DNA of 63,947 nucleotides, filler included, from Octopus bimaculoides (GCF_001194135.2; 9 parts of 7 records of this genome joined end to end with filler, not necessarily neighbours in it), one strand, 5' to 3'. Counted from the first letter of the whole stretch, positions 12,101-24,409 are shown. The notes: a model not told the origin generated them from the letters alone. A program made the numbers and translations.

Positions 12101-13190
12101 ACTGAAATAACAGATGACGTTTTCAATTATTGATCATATATACACTATACCAACATCAGTCATCTTTTATTAATCTTCAATTAGAATGTTAGTGTTTTTA
12201 ATTTGTTGCGAAGTGTTTCAATGTGCGTAAATTTGTAATATTAACAGAATGTTTTCTTGCAGTCAGAACCTTGTGCTGATGATGAAATATATATTATATC
12301 ATGATTGTCAGAGTAGAAGCTTCATTACTACGTTATGTGATTTGGAAGAGCACCTGTTAATGAAACAATGTAGACATTAGTTTGTTCTATATGATGCATA
12401 TTTTTGTCATTAAGCGAATGCTACAAAGATTTTGACCAAAAGCAGTATTGTATATTGTATACTTAGAATTTACTTTGAAAATAAGTTGTATTCAGGATCA
12501 GTAAATGAGTATGATTATGTTGGTATTCAGGATCAGTAAATGCATCATGCATAACTAGTGTAATTTACGGTACTTTATGACACTACATAGCAGTTTGCTC
12601 GTTTTTCGAATTTTCTAGACTTTGAATAAAACATTAAAATATTATTTGCCATATACAGTAATCGAATGTCTATGAATTGACGCTATGAATGATATGTATA
12701 GTTATTCGACAAAAGTATAAAGATGAACATTAATTCATAAATATACTTTGAATAAGACTTAAAGTTGGGAACTGTTCTTAAGATAATTATTCATGATTTA
12801 TTTTTCACGCAATGTTGTCATTACATTGACACTACAGTATATACGGAGAATATGGATTTCACATAACGTCCATATTTATTGTACAAATATGTGAAATCCA
12901 TATTGGACACACTAAAGTCTCATTGTTCTTGTGTTATTCTTATAGCTTATCTTCCATCTTTTGTTAAACGGGTATCGCAGGAGATTTTTGCTTCCCTCAG
13001 GATATCTAAGTTAGGTTGATGGAAACTACTCCTGTCCAAAATATGGACAGAAAAATCATAGAGAAATATACAACTTTGCTGTAAACAGAAGCTCTTATTC
13101 CGTTAGTTTAGACAGTATATGAAAAAAAGAAAACAGATTTATTAACTTCTACATATTCTAACTTCTAAATTATTTGTTTCTTTCTTCCAG

Positions 13191-13262
13191 AGATTTGAGC
13201 AAGAACCGAATAAAAACCTATGAGGATGGCGTTTTCTTATTCCTGCCCAGTATAACTTTTAT
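13191..13262 (+). CDS. LRR exon 5 (72 nt, phase 2-2)
   Basis: Acceptor tttcttccag and donor gtatgt. Translates DLSKNRIKTYEDGVFLFLPSITF(I). Confidence 0.92.
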
Positions 13263-14889
13263 GTATGTACAACACATATTTGTTTATCGGAAAACGAAAT
13301 GTCTTCGTAAACACACAGAATGATGTCGACAAACTAAAATCATAAACAGATGTCATAAAATTCAAAATTATTTAAGACAATTGATAAGAAATAGCAATAT
13401 GTCGGATTTAAATTTAGTGGTTGGCGGGTTAGTAACTATAGTGAAAGAGAATTACCCAAAGCCCCAGGCATTCGGAACAAATTTAAAATAACCGCTGCTA
13501 ATTTCTTAACCACACAGCTTTGTCCGTCACAAATGTAATCTTGCTTACGTAGAACCAACGCCCCCAATTCGTATTCTGATAGGAAGTTTTATATGTACAT
13601 ACTTTTAACTGGTTTCCTATGAGGAACGTGGAATTGTGTCGCAAAATGGACCTAAAAACAATTTGCTTTTATAGAAAGAGTGTGTCTAAAATCTCTATCA
13701 ATTAACGTACAGATTGATTCGTTGAGGATGGTCACGTGGTGTGGTAAGAGTATCTTTGAGCAGTTATCTCTTATGGCCATGTATTAAAAGCTTGTGACAT
13801 TCACGTCCAGGAGTCACGTCAAAGGTTTAGTCCAGTAGATTTGTCAGTTAACAGCCAGAACAATAACCATGAATGCGCCCAAATTTAGAGCTGTCTTAGC
13901 CTGATGCTTGTAACAAGCAGCTGTGTGAGAATGCAGCTATTGTCATATTTATCCAAGGCGTAATGACTGCTTGGTGCAGCTTTAATGAATGATTCAATCC
14001 TTCGTTCCATCTTCCAAATGTGATCAAAAGAGTCGAAAATATACATTACTCTTAAACTGTCTGGAGATTATAACGAATTCGAATCGTTTGTAAAACTCAG
14101 TGTAAAGCATGAATTATTTACGCACGTAAAAGTCACGTCAAACTTTTAATCCGGTAGAGATGTCATATGGCAGTCAGTAGCTATGAAAGATAAAAGCCAC
14201 ATCTGAATCTAGGTCTGTTTCAACTTTTGGTTGTCTCCAGTAGCTGTGTGAGCAGCTGTTATCTTATTTCACCAATGCGTGTTGACATTGTTTGTGTTAC
14301 ACAAACTCTTTTAGTGAATGATTTAGTCTCCCTCACCAAACGCGATGAAATAGGTGAAAAAGTAATGTAACTTTTAAACAGAGTTAGAAATTGCTGAAAA
14401 CTATCAGGTGAATAAAATAGTTCCGTCTTAACAGACAGGTGGTAAGTTGATCTAGTCGTATGTCAACACTATCTTCTTTCAAACGGGTTATAAAAATGTA
14501 AAACAGAAAAATTTAATCCATAATTATATACATAAACAAAAATACAATAAAAATTAATGTAAAAGTTAATACAAAGGAAATTCCACATATATAAAATTTT
14601 AAAAAAATCTTGTTCTTGTAAAAAAAAAGTGTAACTGAAAATAAATTTTTAATCTTCACAGTCTTGTTCTTAGACTGAAGTAGATGGGTTTTTTTTTTAG
14701 GAACATGGTGAGCTTTGTTTGGTTTTACGATTATTTTACGGTAACAACGCACAGCATCTTGAATGATATGTTTATTTTTTGTGGTCGTAAGTGGGGATGG
14801 TCGTAAGTCGAGGTGAAGGTGTATTTAGTTCTTAAAGTTTTACAATATCTATTTAAACATCTAGTATTTATATATTAAATATAAATATA

Positions 14890-15400
14890 GTATGTCATCA
14901 ACATTTTGTATATCATCTATATTTTGTATATCACCTATGTCTAGTATTTCATCCATAGTAAATATATCATCTTCGTCATGCATATCATCTACGTCTAGTA
15001 TGCCCTCTGTATATCGTATGCCATCTACATTTTGAATATCATCTATATTTTGTATTTCACCTGTACCTAGTATATCATCTATAGTAAATATATAATCTAG
15101 TATGCTATCTACATCATGCATGTCATCTACCTCTAGTATACTGTCAGTATATCGTATGTTATCTACATTTTATATCTTTTCTATATCCACCACGTCATCC
15201 TTACTATATATGTCATCTATATACAGTATGCATTTATAATCAGTATGTCATCAATATCCACCATGCCATCTATATCATGTATATCATCTATATTCAATAT
15301 GTTATCTATATCGTATATCCCACCCTTATCCAGCATATCATCAATATATCGTATGTCATCTATATTTCATATGTCCTCTATATCTCTGCATATCAACTCT
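14890..15400. repeat. Degenerate 18-bp minisatellite with about 126-bp higher-order structure
   Basis: Recurrent atcatctatattttgtat-like units. The long unit recurs near 14897 and 15021. Confidence 0.8.
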
Positions 15401-15679
15401 TTCGAATATGTCAGCTATCTACTCGATACAGTTTATATCACATCTGTCTTTATTAGTTTCCAAGCTATATCATCTAAAGAAGTAGGATCTTAACTTATTT
15501 TCGGCTTCCATGAGAAACCATTTCACTTTATTGCAATTCTTAACATCTTTTGGAACAAAACATGAATGTCATTACTTCTATACTCTTGCTGGAATTATAG
15601 CATCCTTCTTTCTTACCAAATACATCAGGGGCTTCTCTATACCTCTAAAGTACATTCACTGTTCTGTTTATAATTGCAG

Positions 15680-15849
15680 CGACCTCAGAAACAATACAGA
15701 TATGATGTGTGGATGTCATCTGCCAGCCTTGGTGAATTATACGAACTCAAAGTTCGGCAGAGTTGTGGATGTCCAGGGCGAGTGTCAGACAAATTCAGCC
15801 AATAACCAGATCCAAGTAATACCAATAATGGAATACTCGCAATGTCAAA
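15680..15849 (+). CDS. Last LRR plus LRR C-terminal cap exon (170 nt, phase 2-1)
   Basis: Acceptor taattgcag and donor gttagt. Translates DLRNNTDMMCGCHLPALVNYTNSKFGRVVDVQGECQTNSANNQIQVIPIMEYSQCQ, with the 4-Cys CxC...C...C LRRCT pattern. In phase with exon 5. Confidence 0.88.
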
Positions 15850-16224
15850 GTTAGTAAATTCTTCTTTGTTTTTGTTATTTTATTATTAGAACAAACAACG
15901 TCGGGGAGTTAGCACAATCGTTGGCATGCCGGACAAAATGCTCAGCAATATTTCGTGCAACTGTAGACTGGTCCGCTAATATTGTTAGACCAGGAGCCTT
16001 CACCGTAAGCGCAGGTAAAGCAGCAGTGGAGTTACTTTTTAAAGTTACGGATAAATTTTTGTTGTTACAACTCTTCCATGAACCAACCAGAAATAACTAT
16101 TAAAAGTGAAACTAAACAAAGCTGAAACTCTTATATCACATTACAATAGAGATGTTATTGCTTCACCTTTGACACGTAACACAGAAACAGTCTAGGAGAT
16201 TGATCTAGGCTCACATTAGAGACC

Positions 16225-16685
16225 TTATTGATTATACACATGATGAGACCCGTAGTAATATAATAGCTTCCTACATGTGAGCACGGGATAAAAATCTAAT
16301 TTCCGTTGTTTACATCGTTGTCCGGGTGATGAGATATTCTAACTCGACCCTATTCTCGGCTAAACATAATCAGCATTTTCTGCTCCTATTAAAACAAGGC
16401 TCACAAGTCTCCAGGTTTTTTCAGTACTCTGTAATGCATTTCTTTAACAGTCACATATGCCTAGCCCGGACTGTGACATTGCGATTCTCTAGGATACTTA
16501 AGAAAGAGTTATAGTTATTATATCCAGTCTAGAAAGGACTTTCATATCGCCTCCTTTGACATCGTTTCCTCCTTTTTTTCTCAGCATTTCCGATTCTGAG
16601 TTGACATTTTCACCCGCATTAACAGAGATCAGTATTTTGTTTTCCATACCTGTCTGATATGAAGAACACGTAGTGTTACTTAGAA
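16225..16685. repeat. Direct repeat A (second copy at about 18270-18700)
   Basis: Shared colinear blocks such as attgattatacacat, gtagtaatataat, gctaaacataatc and caagtctccagg. Confidence 0.85.
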
Positions 16686-16998
16686 TTATTTCCCTTTATT
16701 TGAGTTATTGCACAATTTTCGCCCTTATTTTGAGAGCAGAATACAAATAGAAAATGCCATCAATTAGCTTTCGTAGCTTTCTTAGTTTAGTTTGTGACAA
16801 AACTGAAACAATTGCAAGTGGATATCGTAACATACTCTTGTAGTTTTCATTAATTATTTTCTTTAAATGCCTCACATGTATTGATTCCAGCATTAACACT
16901 TTTACATTTGCTTTACACCACAATGTGATTATTTTCTCTTATTCCTATACATTACTTATTTGGTTCCTAAATATGGATATTTTTCTTGTATTGTATAG

Positions 16999-17090
16999 AT
17001 TACTCGTTATTTCAACGGAATTTGCAGTGTCAAACATGCTCAGGGATTTTGTGCAATGAAGGAGAAGTGACGAACTGTACAGGCGATGAG
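16999..17090 (+). CDS. Ly6/uPAR-like domain, first exon (92 nt, phase 1-0)
   Basis: Acceptor ttttcttgtattgtatag and donor gtaagc. Translates (N)YSLFQRNLQCQTCSGILCNEGEVTNCTGDE, containing the LxCxxC start of a three-finger domain. Confidence 0.88.
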
Positions 17091-17117
17091 GTAAGCTGAA
17101 ATGTTACTTTCTTCCTT

Positions 17118-18065
17118 TTGATATACACTTAAACCACACTTAAAGCCAGTATGGCTACGTAACTTCTACCAAGATTTCACAAATTGTTTTAGATGCCCAT
17201 GTAATCATAAGTCGATACAAACATCTTCTCGGTCTTCTAATCCTTGACTCAGCAGAACAAGGAGTAGACATTTGAAATGAGAGATGGTTGACCAGCATTA
17301 AGCCGGTATTCATTTTCAGCTGAACTGACTGGAGCAACGTAAAATGAAGTGCTGCTTTGTTCAAGAACACAAGATGTCATTCGGTTCAGGAATCGAAGCC
17401 ACGATCCCATGTGTGTCATATTCCCTTTTCCTTCACCGACAAAAATAACTGCACTTAATATTCCGCTATCGTAGAATTTTTGTTTGAATGATGGCTATGT
17501 TATCCGGCAAATCACTGAATTTCAAAGTCTGGGCAGTCGTCCTGGACATCAGTGGTACCAAATGCTCCACAGTGATGTTCTGAAAGGAACACATTCGTAC
17601 AATGAAGGTGGTGTTCCTAGGTTAGTAGTTGCATGACACCACTGTGTCAAGGGGGCTGAATTTCCCCTGACATCAGAAAGGCTTCCTGCGGAACCCTCGA
17701 TCTCAACTTGGTGAATTAGGAACTTCGCTTTATAAACAAGGTGGGATTGTGTGAGAGTAAAGCAAAGAACGGTCGATAAAGAACATTAAAATCCTGCTTA
17801 AAATTACGTGCGGTCTGTAGGTTTCCGACTGGATTTTTCCTGATGTAACTCTACACACAGGGAGCATCCAGGATTGGTCATTTCGATCGTATCTTAAAAG
17901 AATGTGTTAGGCCAGCAGATGAGTATAGTACAAAATATCTTTAGTTGAAAGTGATTAGCTACACAGATCATATATTTTATTTTATTTGGTTGGTAAACTT
18001 AAATTGGAACCATTGTCAGGGACCCAGTTCCTGGAAGTTGGACGTGTCTCTACGAACTTGCAAAC
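17118..18065. repeat. Intronic duplicated block B (second copy at 22673 to about 23690)
   Basis: Both copies start ttgatatacacttaaa.cacacttaaagccagtatggctacgtaactt and stay colinear through a SINE remnant and a LINE RT remnant. Confidence 0.9.
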
Positions 18066-19149
18066 ATTACAGGAATTAGACTAATGAATTTGTGAGGCAA
18101 TAGTTGAGAGGAATTATTATTCACAACCAGTGGCAGTGCGTCCTTAAAGGGACGAAGAGGACGATTAACTTCGAGAGCGTTTAGCGAAGTGCTACTAACA
18201 GGCTCCTAGCATATATGTGAAGCGAATGGTCTATAAAATTTTACGAATGATATATAAAGCGTTAGAGAAACTATTGATTATACACATGGCGAGGCCCGTA
18301 GTAATATAATATATAACTTCTGTCATGTAAGCATGGGATAAAAATCTAATCTCCCTGCTTACATCGTTGTCCGGCTTCTGAGAATATTCTGACTCGATCC
18401 TATTCTTGGCTAAACATAATCTGCATTTTCTGCAGCAATTAAAACAATGCTTGCAAGTCTCCAGGCTTTTTCAGTTAAAGTACTCTGTAACGCATTTCTG
18501 TAACAGTCACATATGCCTAGCATTGACTCTGACATTGCGATCCCCTAGGATACTTAAGAAAGAGTTATAGCTATTCTATCTGGTCTCTTTGTTTTCCTCA
18601 GCCTCCCCGAACCTGATGTGACATTTTCAGCCTCATTAACAGAGAACAATATTTTGTTTTCCATACCTGCTTGAACTGAAGAACACATGGTGTTACTTAA
18701 CCACACTGTTATCCAATATCCGATTACACTTTGAAACACGAGTTTTGTCCTTGATTAGCAACTGTCATTTCCTTACACCTAAAAAGTATGAAACGTGACT
18801 AATATTTCCTTCAAAATTTTGCTTTTGTTACATTTATTCACACCCCAAAGAATCCTTCTCAACACATAGCTATCATACTCTCCACTACCCCTGTTGCGTT
18901 CAAAGATAATCACATTGTCAGCCAAGTGGTTAAGTTCAAGCAACTTGTAAGCAAATTTGGGGCATTGAAAAGAATATTTGCTATAGTGATATTTGTGCTT
19001 CAACAACTCAGCGATGAATCTGTCTGAAATGTAATAGGAAGTAGGTCAGTGTGAAAACATTGATATCCAGGTCACATAAGTAATTTGTTCGGGACAGACA
19101 ATGGGTCGGAGACGGTAGTGGTCTGCGGTACTTACATTGATGAACTATC

Positions 19150-19760
19150 GGCAGTTGTGAGGTGTAGCGAGAAGCCGATTACAGCATTTGAAATATTGAG
19201 AGCAATGAACTCTCGCACAAGGCGCAAATAGTTCGGTTTGTATGGTCTGCCTTCTGAGTTTTAGTAATACATGCCAGACGAAATCATCCTGCAGGTATTC
19301 GTTCAATGTCCGGGCATTGCTGATTTGTGGAGTTATGATAAACAACGTCTGTCTGACGGGGGACGGTTCTGGCTATCAAACGAGTACATCATGATGAATG
19401 CTCCGCTGCCAACCTTTATCAGAGTAGGGAAAGTAGTTTTCCTCTGTGCGGCGACTATAACGAATGGGGTTGTGTTGAAGATGTTGAAATTTATAAGGAC
19501 TAAGATATTCCCCTCTGGTCGAGGCCTCATCGCCCTCTTCAAGTTTCAAATGAGAAATTAATTGTGTGGGGAGAGGGAGGTGCTGTCCCCAAGTGAATTT
19601 ATTGAAAGGTTGGTGAAAGCGTTTAAGGACACAAGAACGAATGTATAGACCTGTGTAACGGAGTACAGTAATTGGAGAGGGCAATTGCCCTTAATGTTCA
19701 AGGTGAGGTTGAATGGTGGGGTTCTTTGATTGGTTCTAGAGGTCCACCTCTATTACGAGG
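19150..19760 (-). mobile_element. Decayed non-LTR retrotransposon 3' ORF fragment
   Basis: The minus-strand translation has LINE C-terminal-like segments (RKTTFPTLIKVGSG resembles TLAQLRSG, followed by a Cys/His region). The clade is uncertain. Confidence 0.5.
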
Positions 19761-20209
19761 ATCACATAGCTACTACCTTTAAACTCGTATACCATTCGCT
19801 TTTATATTGTATACCATGCATGCTTATTTCTATATATTTATAATTCCATTCCACTGGCAAAATACAAGAACAATTATTATAATCATTATTATTGGGTTAT
19901 AGATCGAAAGTTACAAGGAAGAATTACTCTATGATTTTTTGAAGTTTATAAATTCTTATGAGGTTAGAAACAAAATTTTCGCTGATCAGAAATAAGTTTT
20001 CTATAACGGGTAGAGAGAGATTCGAAGGATTGCTTTGGTTCGGAGGTAGAACACCGGTCATGTTTACAGGGGGTCTGGATTAGAATTCCACGGGCAACCT
20101 CCTACATCTTTTTACCCAAAGGGTTTTCTAAACCAATATTTACACGCTATCATTTATAGCTTGCCTACTTCAAGATCCAACGTCTCAATAAAGAATTATC
20201 CTTTCCTAG

Positions 20210-20412
20210 TCTAGGTACAAGGCCCGAAATTTTTGTTGAGGAGAGCAGTCGATTAGATCGACTCCAGTATGCAACTGGTACTTAATTTATCGACCCCTAA
20301 AGGATGAAAGGTAAAGTCGACCTCGGCGGAATTTGAACTCAGAACGTAAAGACAGACGAAATACTGCTAAGCATTCCGCCCGGAGTGCTAACGTTTCTGC
20401 CAGCTCGCTGCC
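20210..20412 (-). mobile_element. tRNA-headed SINE, family 1 (GGCGAGCTGGCAGAA...)
   Basis: A- and B-box-like head (GTTCAAATTCC) and GTCGAC/GGGTCGAT body. Other copies: about 34893-35085(+), 35100-35340(+), 45871-46103(+), 54900-55060(+), 55082-55295(+), 55330-55530(-), 26690-26790(-). Confidence 0.85.
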
Positions 20413-21126
20413 TTTCAAGATAGAATTATTAACAAGATTGTTGGTCTTCAGTGATTCGTCTGGATCTTGGATATTTTCTCTCCAAATTTTATGCGAATAT
20501 AGTGTATATTCATTTTATTGCAATAGAATATGCATGTCGATGAGAAACATATACTATACCTTTTGTATCCATTTATGCATTTTCTGTTTTATTTGCAAAA
20601 CCTGAGTGTTTAAGTCCAGTCCTTTATTTCATTATCCTCATTTACGACAGTTACCGTTGCGCTTGTTTCTGTTGTTGCTGAGGTTCACACGTAAGATATT
20701 TCGTACACTTAATTTCTATGACGAATTCACACTGCAGTACTCAACAAGTTTCGATTAAATAAGGTTTCCAATAGAATTTATGGGGTTTTTTTCTACCCTT
20801 GTAAATGGGTGGCAGATCGGTGTGGTGTTCATATTCAACGTGTTTTGATATATAACACATAATTTACAAGCGATAAATATCAGTAAAGCTCAAAGAACCT
20901 TACTTATGCAGTTGTCTTTCAACATTTTATCGGTTTGTATCGATCTAATTCGTTGCTTTTCGATATTTTTTTGAGTAAGGATTCATTCAACTTCCTCGTA
21001 TACTGAATATTCCCCGTTGTCGTTGCTTGTAGTAGCAGCAACAGTAGTAGTAGTAGTCGTAGTAGTAGTAGCAGCAGCAGTAACAGAGGTGGTAGTCGTA
21101 TATGATTTTTGTATTTATTGCAACAG

Positions 21127-21310
21127 CCTGTATGTGAAAATAAGATAACGACGAATGGCGTTACACTGAAGTTTGAAAAATCCTGCAGCACATACAGAAA
21201 TTGTCTTGTAGCTCTGAGAAGCAATACATTTAAATGCAATAAATGGACCAGTGGCGTGTCTTGTGTCAGTTGTTGCACAGGAAACTTGTGTAAGAGGAAC
21301 GATTCCATTG
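21127..21310 (+). CDS. Ly6/uPAR-like domain, second exon (184 nt, phase 0-1)
   Basis: Acceptor tttattgcaacag and donor gtaagt. Translates PVCENKITTNGVTLKFEKSCSTYRNCLVALRSNTFKCNKWTSGVSCVSCCTGNLCKRNDSI(G), ending in a CCxxxxC motif. Confidence 0.9.
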
Positions 21311-22101
21311 GTAAGTTGTGTTTATTTTCTTATATAATTTCACTTCATTTATTAGACATGAAAGTTTAATAAGAAAATTGTATAATAGTTAATATATTAA
21401 AAAGTATAATCGCCGTACTGAATTTACAAAATTTATCGCGTTGACATCAGAGGTGCGCACATCACTTGGCCATTCCCAGATAAACAGATAACGCAGCTGT
21501 TTATATAAACAAATATTCTTGTAACTTCAGACACCCGGAGCCATTAATTTGTATACATATTACTATATAACACTATATATAAAATCAGCACCCTGTCAGC
21601 AGGTATGCCAGTCCACAATATATATATACACACACACGTACAAACACGAGTATGCACAGACACACATAAACACACGAACATATAACATATATATATATAT
21701 ATATATATATACATACATATATATATATATANNNNNNNNNNNNNNNNNNNNNNNNNNNNNNNNNNNNNNNNNNNNNNNNNNNNNNNNNNNNNNNNNNNNN
21801 NNNNNNNNNNNNNNNNNNNNNNNNNNNNNNNNNNNNNNNNNNNNNNNNNNNNNNNNNNNNNNNNNNNNNNNNNNNNNNNNNNNNNNNNNNNNNNNNNNNN
21901 NNNNNNNNNNNNNNNNNNNNNNNNNNNNNNNNNNNNNNNNNNNNNNNNNNNNNNNNNNNNNNNNNNNNNNNNNNNNNNNNNNNNNNNNNNNNNNNNNNNN
22001 NNNNNNNNNNNNNNNNNNNNNNNNNNNNNNNNNNNNNNNNNNNNNNNNNNNNNNNNNNNNNNNNNNNNNNNNNNNNNNNNNNNNNNNNNNNNNNNNNNNN
22101 N

Positions 22102-22134
<33 letters not shown>

Positions 22135-24079
22135 GTATATGTACATGTATATATACACATAAGCTAATTCGAACACGCGTTGTTAGTTCAGGGGACGGCT
22201 GCGTTCGAAGTTTAAGAGAATATATTCTTAATGCGCTTGATGTTAAAAACATCTAAAAGTAAATCAAAGGTGAGGCGTCTCACATCAGGTCCTTTTTCTG
22301 AGCGACAGACATCGATGTATGGTCATTGATATGACGTTTCAATGTCACGTACCGAACAAGACCTGCTGCAAGATATATCGCCGACTATGACTACATGTTA
22401 AATGACTTAAACTCTAATCCATAATTGAATTTTTTTCTGTGGTGTGAAATGTTGTGAAATGCGAATAGGATTTTAAACTTCATATTAAAAATATAAAATG
22501 GCGACAAATTACCTATCGTACACTGTACATATTTTGGACTCACAGTAAGTCTGAGAAAAACCAAGGTAATGTNNNNNNNNNNNNNNNNNNNNNNNNNNNN
22601 NNNNNNNNNNNNNNNNNNNNNNNNNNNNNNNNNNNNNNNNNNNNNNNNNNNNNNNNNNNNNNNNNNNNNNNNTTGATATACACTTAAACTACACTTAAAG
22701 CCAGTATGGCTACGTAACTTGTTTTAGAAATCCATGTAACTTGTTTTAGAAATCCATGTAACTATAAGTAGATACAGGCACCTTCTTGGTCTTTCAATCC
22801 TTGACTCAGCAGAACAAGGATTAGACATTTGAAGTAAGAGAGGGGTGACCAGCATTAGGCTGGTATTCATTTTCAGCTGAGCTGACTGGAGCAACGTAAA
22901 ATGAAGTGCTGCTTTGTTCAAGAACACAAGGTGCCATTCGGATCAAGAACCGATCCCACGATCTCATGTATGACCTCTTCCCTTTTCCTTCCCCGATAAA
23001 AATAAGTGCACTTAAAGTGAGATGTGTGAATATACGTGTCTTGGAGTCAGCTTGGAAACAAGGTCCGTTGTTCAACGACCTACGAGTTATGAGATATTCC
23101 TGTATCTTAGAAGTTTCGTTTGAACGATGTTATCCAGCTATGTCATCCGCAAGTCACTGAATTTCAAAGTCTGGCCAGTCGCTCTGGAGATCAGTGGTAC
23201 TAGATGCTCCACAGTGGTGTTCTGAAAGCAACACATTCGTACAGTTTAGTAGTTGTGTGGCACCACTTTGTGAAGGAGGCTCGATTTCCCATGACATCAG
23301 AAAGGTTTCCTAGGGAACTTTCGATCTCAACTAGGTGTATTAGGAACTGTGTTTAATAAACAAGGTGGGATTGTGTTAAAGTAATTCAAAGAAGGGGCTA
23401 CAAATAACATCGAAACCCTGCTTAATAGTTCCAGCGGTCTATATGTTTCCGACTGGATTTTCCTGATGTAAATGTGCAGACACGGAGCATCGACGCATTG
23501 TCATCTTGATCGTATCTTAAAAGAGTGTTAGGCCAGAAGATGAGGATAGTGTAGGATATCCTTAGTTTAAAGTGGTCAGCTACACAGACCACATTTTTTT
23601 TTACACGGTAAACTTAAATTTGACCCATAAGCAAGAACCCAGTTCCTGGACGTTGGACGTACCTCCACGAACTTGCAAACAATACAGGGATTAGATTAAT
23701 GAAAGTTAGTGATAGCGATTGAAGTCGCAAGAGCGAATGGCACTTCTCTAAAAGTATAGACCTGTGTGACGGACTACAGTAATTGGAGAGGGTACTTGCC
23801 CTTGGTGTTCAGAATGAGGTTAGATGGCTGGGTTCTTCGATTGNNNNNNNNNNNNNNNNNNNNNNNNNNNNNNNNNNNNNNNNNNNNNNNNNNNNNNNNN
23901 NNNNNNNNNNNNNNNNNNNNNNNNNNNNNNNNNNNNNNNNNNNATCTTGTTTGTTGTTAACACAACGTTTCGGCTGATATATCCTCCAGCCTTGGGGAAA
24001 TTTTTTTGAACCTGGGTTCTCATTCCTAACGATGTTACTATCATTATTATTATTATAATTATTATTATTATTATTATTA

Positions 24080-24158
24080 ATCAGGTGGCTACCGTGAATC
24101 GAACTCGTAATCTTGGGGTTAGTAGCCCGCGCTCTAAACCGCTACGCCATATGCCCGT
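24080..24158 (-). mobile_element. tRNA-derived SINE head
   Basis: The minus strand reads ggcgtagcggtttagagcgcgggctactaaccccaagattacgagttcgattc. It has A and B boxes but no complete cloverleaf. Confidence 0.6.
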
Positions 24159-24314
24159 CGGCATATACATAAATAAAACTTTCTATACAACTCACAACAG
24201 TGTTATTATAGAGATATTTATGTTTATATGTTTATTTTAACACTCAGTATAGCTCTACCCTGTGTCTCATTTATATGTATAATGATTCTCTTCTATTTAT
24301 GCATCTTTTTATAG

Positions 24315-24409
24315 GCTGGACGAATTCCTTTCTATTTCATCTGATTTACAATTCGACATTTAAGAATATCATAAAAGATATAAAAACTGCTGAAAACGTA
24401 TCTAGAGCT
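24315..24409 (+). CDS. Following extracellular exon, SEA-like N-terminal part (95 nt, phase 1-0)
   Basis: Acceptor tctttttatag and donor gtgagt. Translates (G)WTNSFLFHLIYNSTFKNIIKDIKTAENVSRA. The phase matches the previous exon. The SEA assignment rests on the hydrophobic pattern only. Confidence 0.78.

Noticed and set aside
12039-12101. Apparent 63-nt minus-strand exon with good splice sites (ttatttcag ... CAG|GTAAGT), suggesting a nested gene
   Set aside because: The + strand encodes a clear CR1/L2 RT motif (QHGF..G.SC..QL), so the splice-like sites are probably incidental.
12263-12380. Acceptor followed by a TIL-like peptide (PCADDE..Y.DCQS...LCD)
   Set aside because: It needs a frameshift, has no donor, lacks several cysteines and does not fit the gene's phases.
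1182-13262. Initial idea that the LRR exons belong to an LGR/GRL101-type GPCR
   Set aside because: The LRRCT is followed by Ly6-like and SEA-like exons, and no hinge or 7TM exon was found. No gene symbol is assigned.
21544-22256. Long ORFs containing X runs (also at 29.5-30.6, 35.8-36.8, 50.6-52.0 and 58.2-59.1 kb)
   Set aside because: They are open only because N gaps contain no stop codons, and their flanks are (TA)n or (CA)n.
24080-24158. tRNA-like sequences here and at the SINE heads
   Set aside because: They have A and B boxes but no complete cloverleaf, and they continue into repeat bodies.
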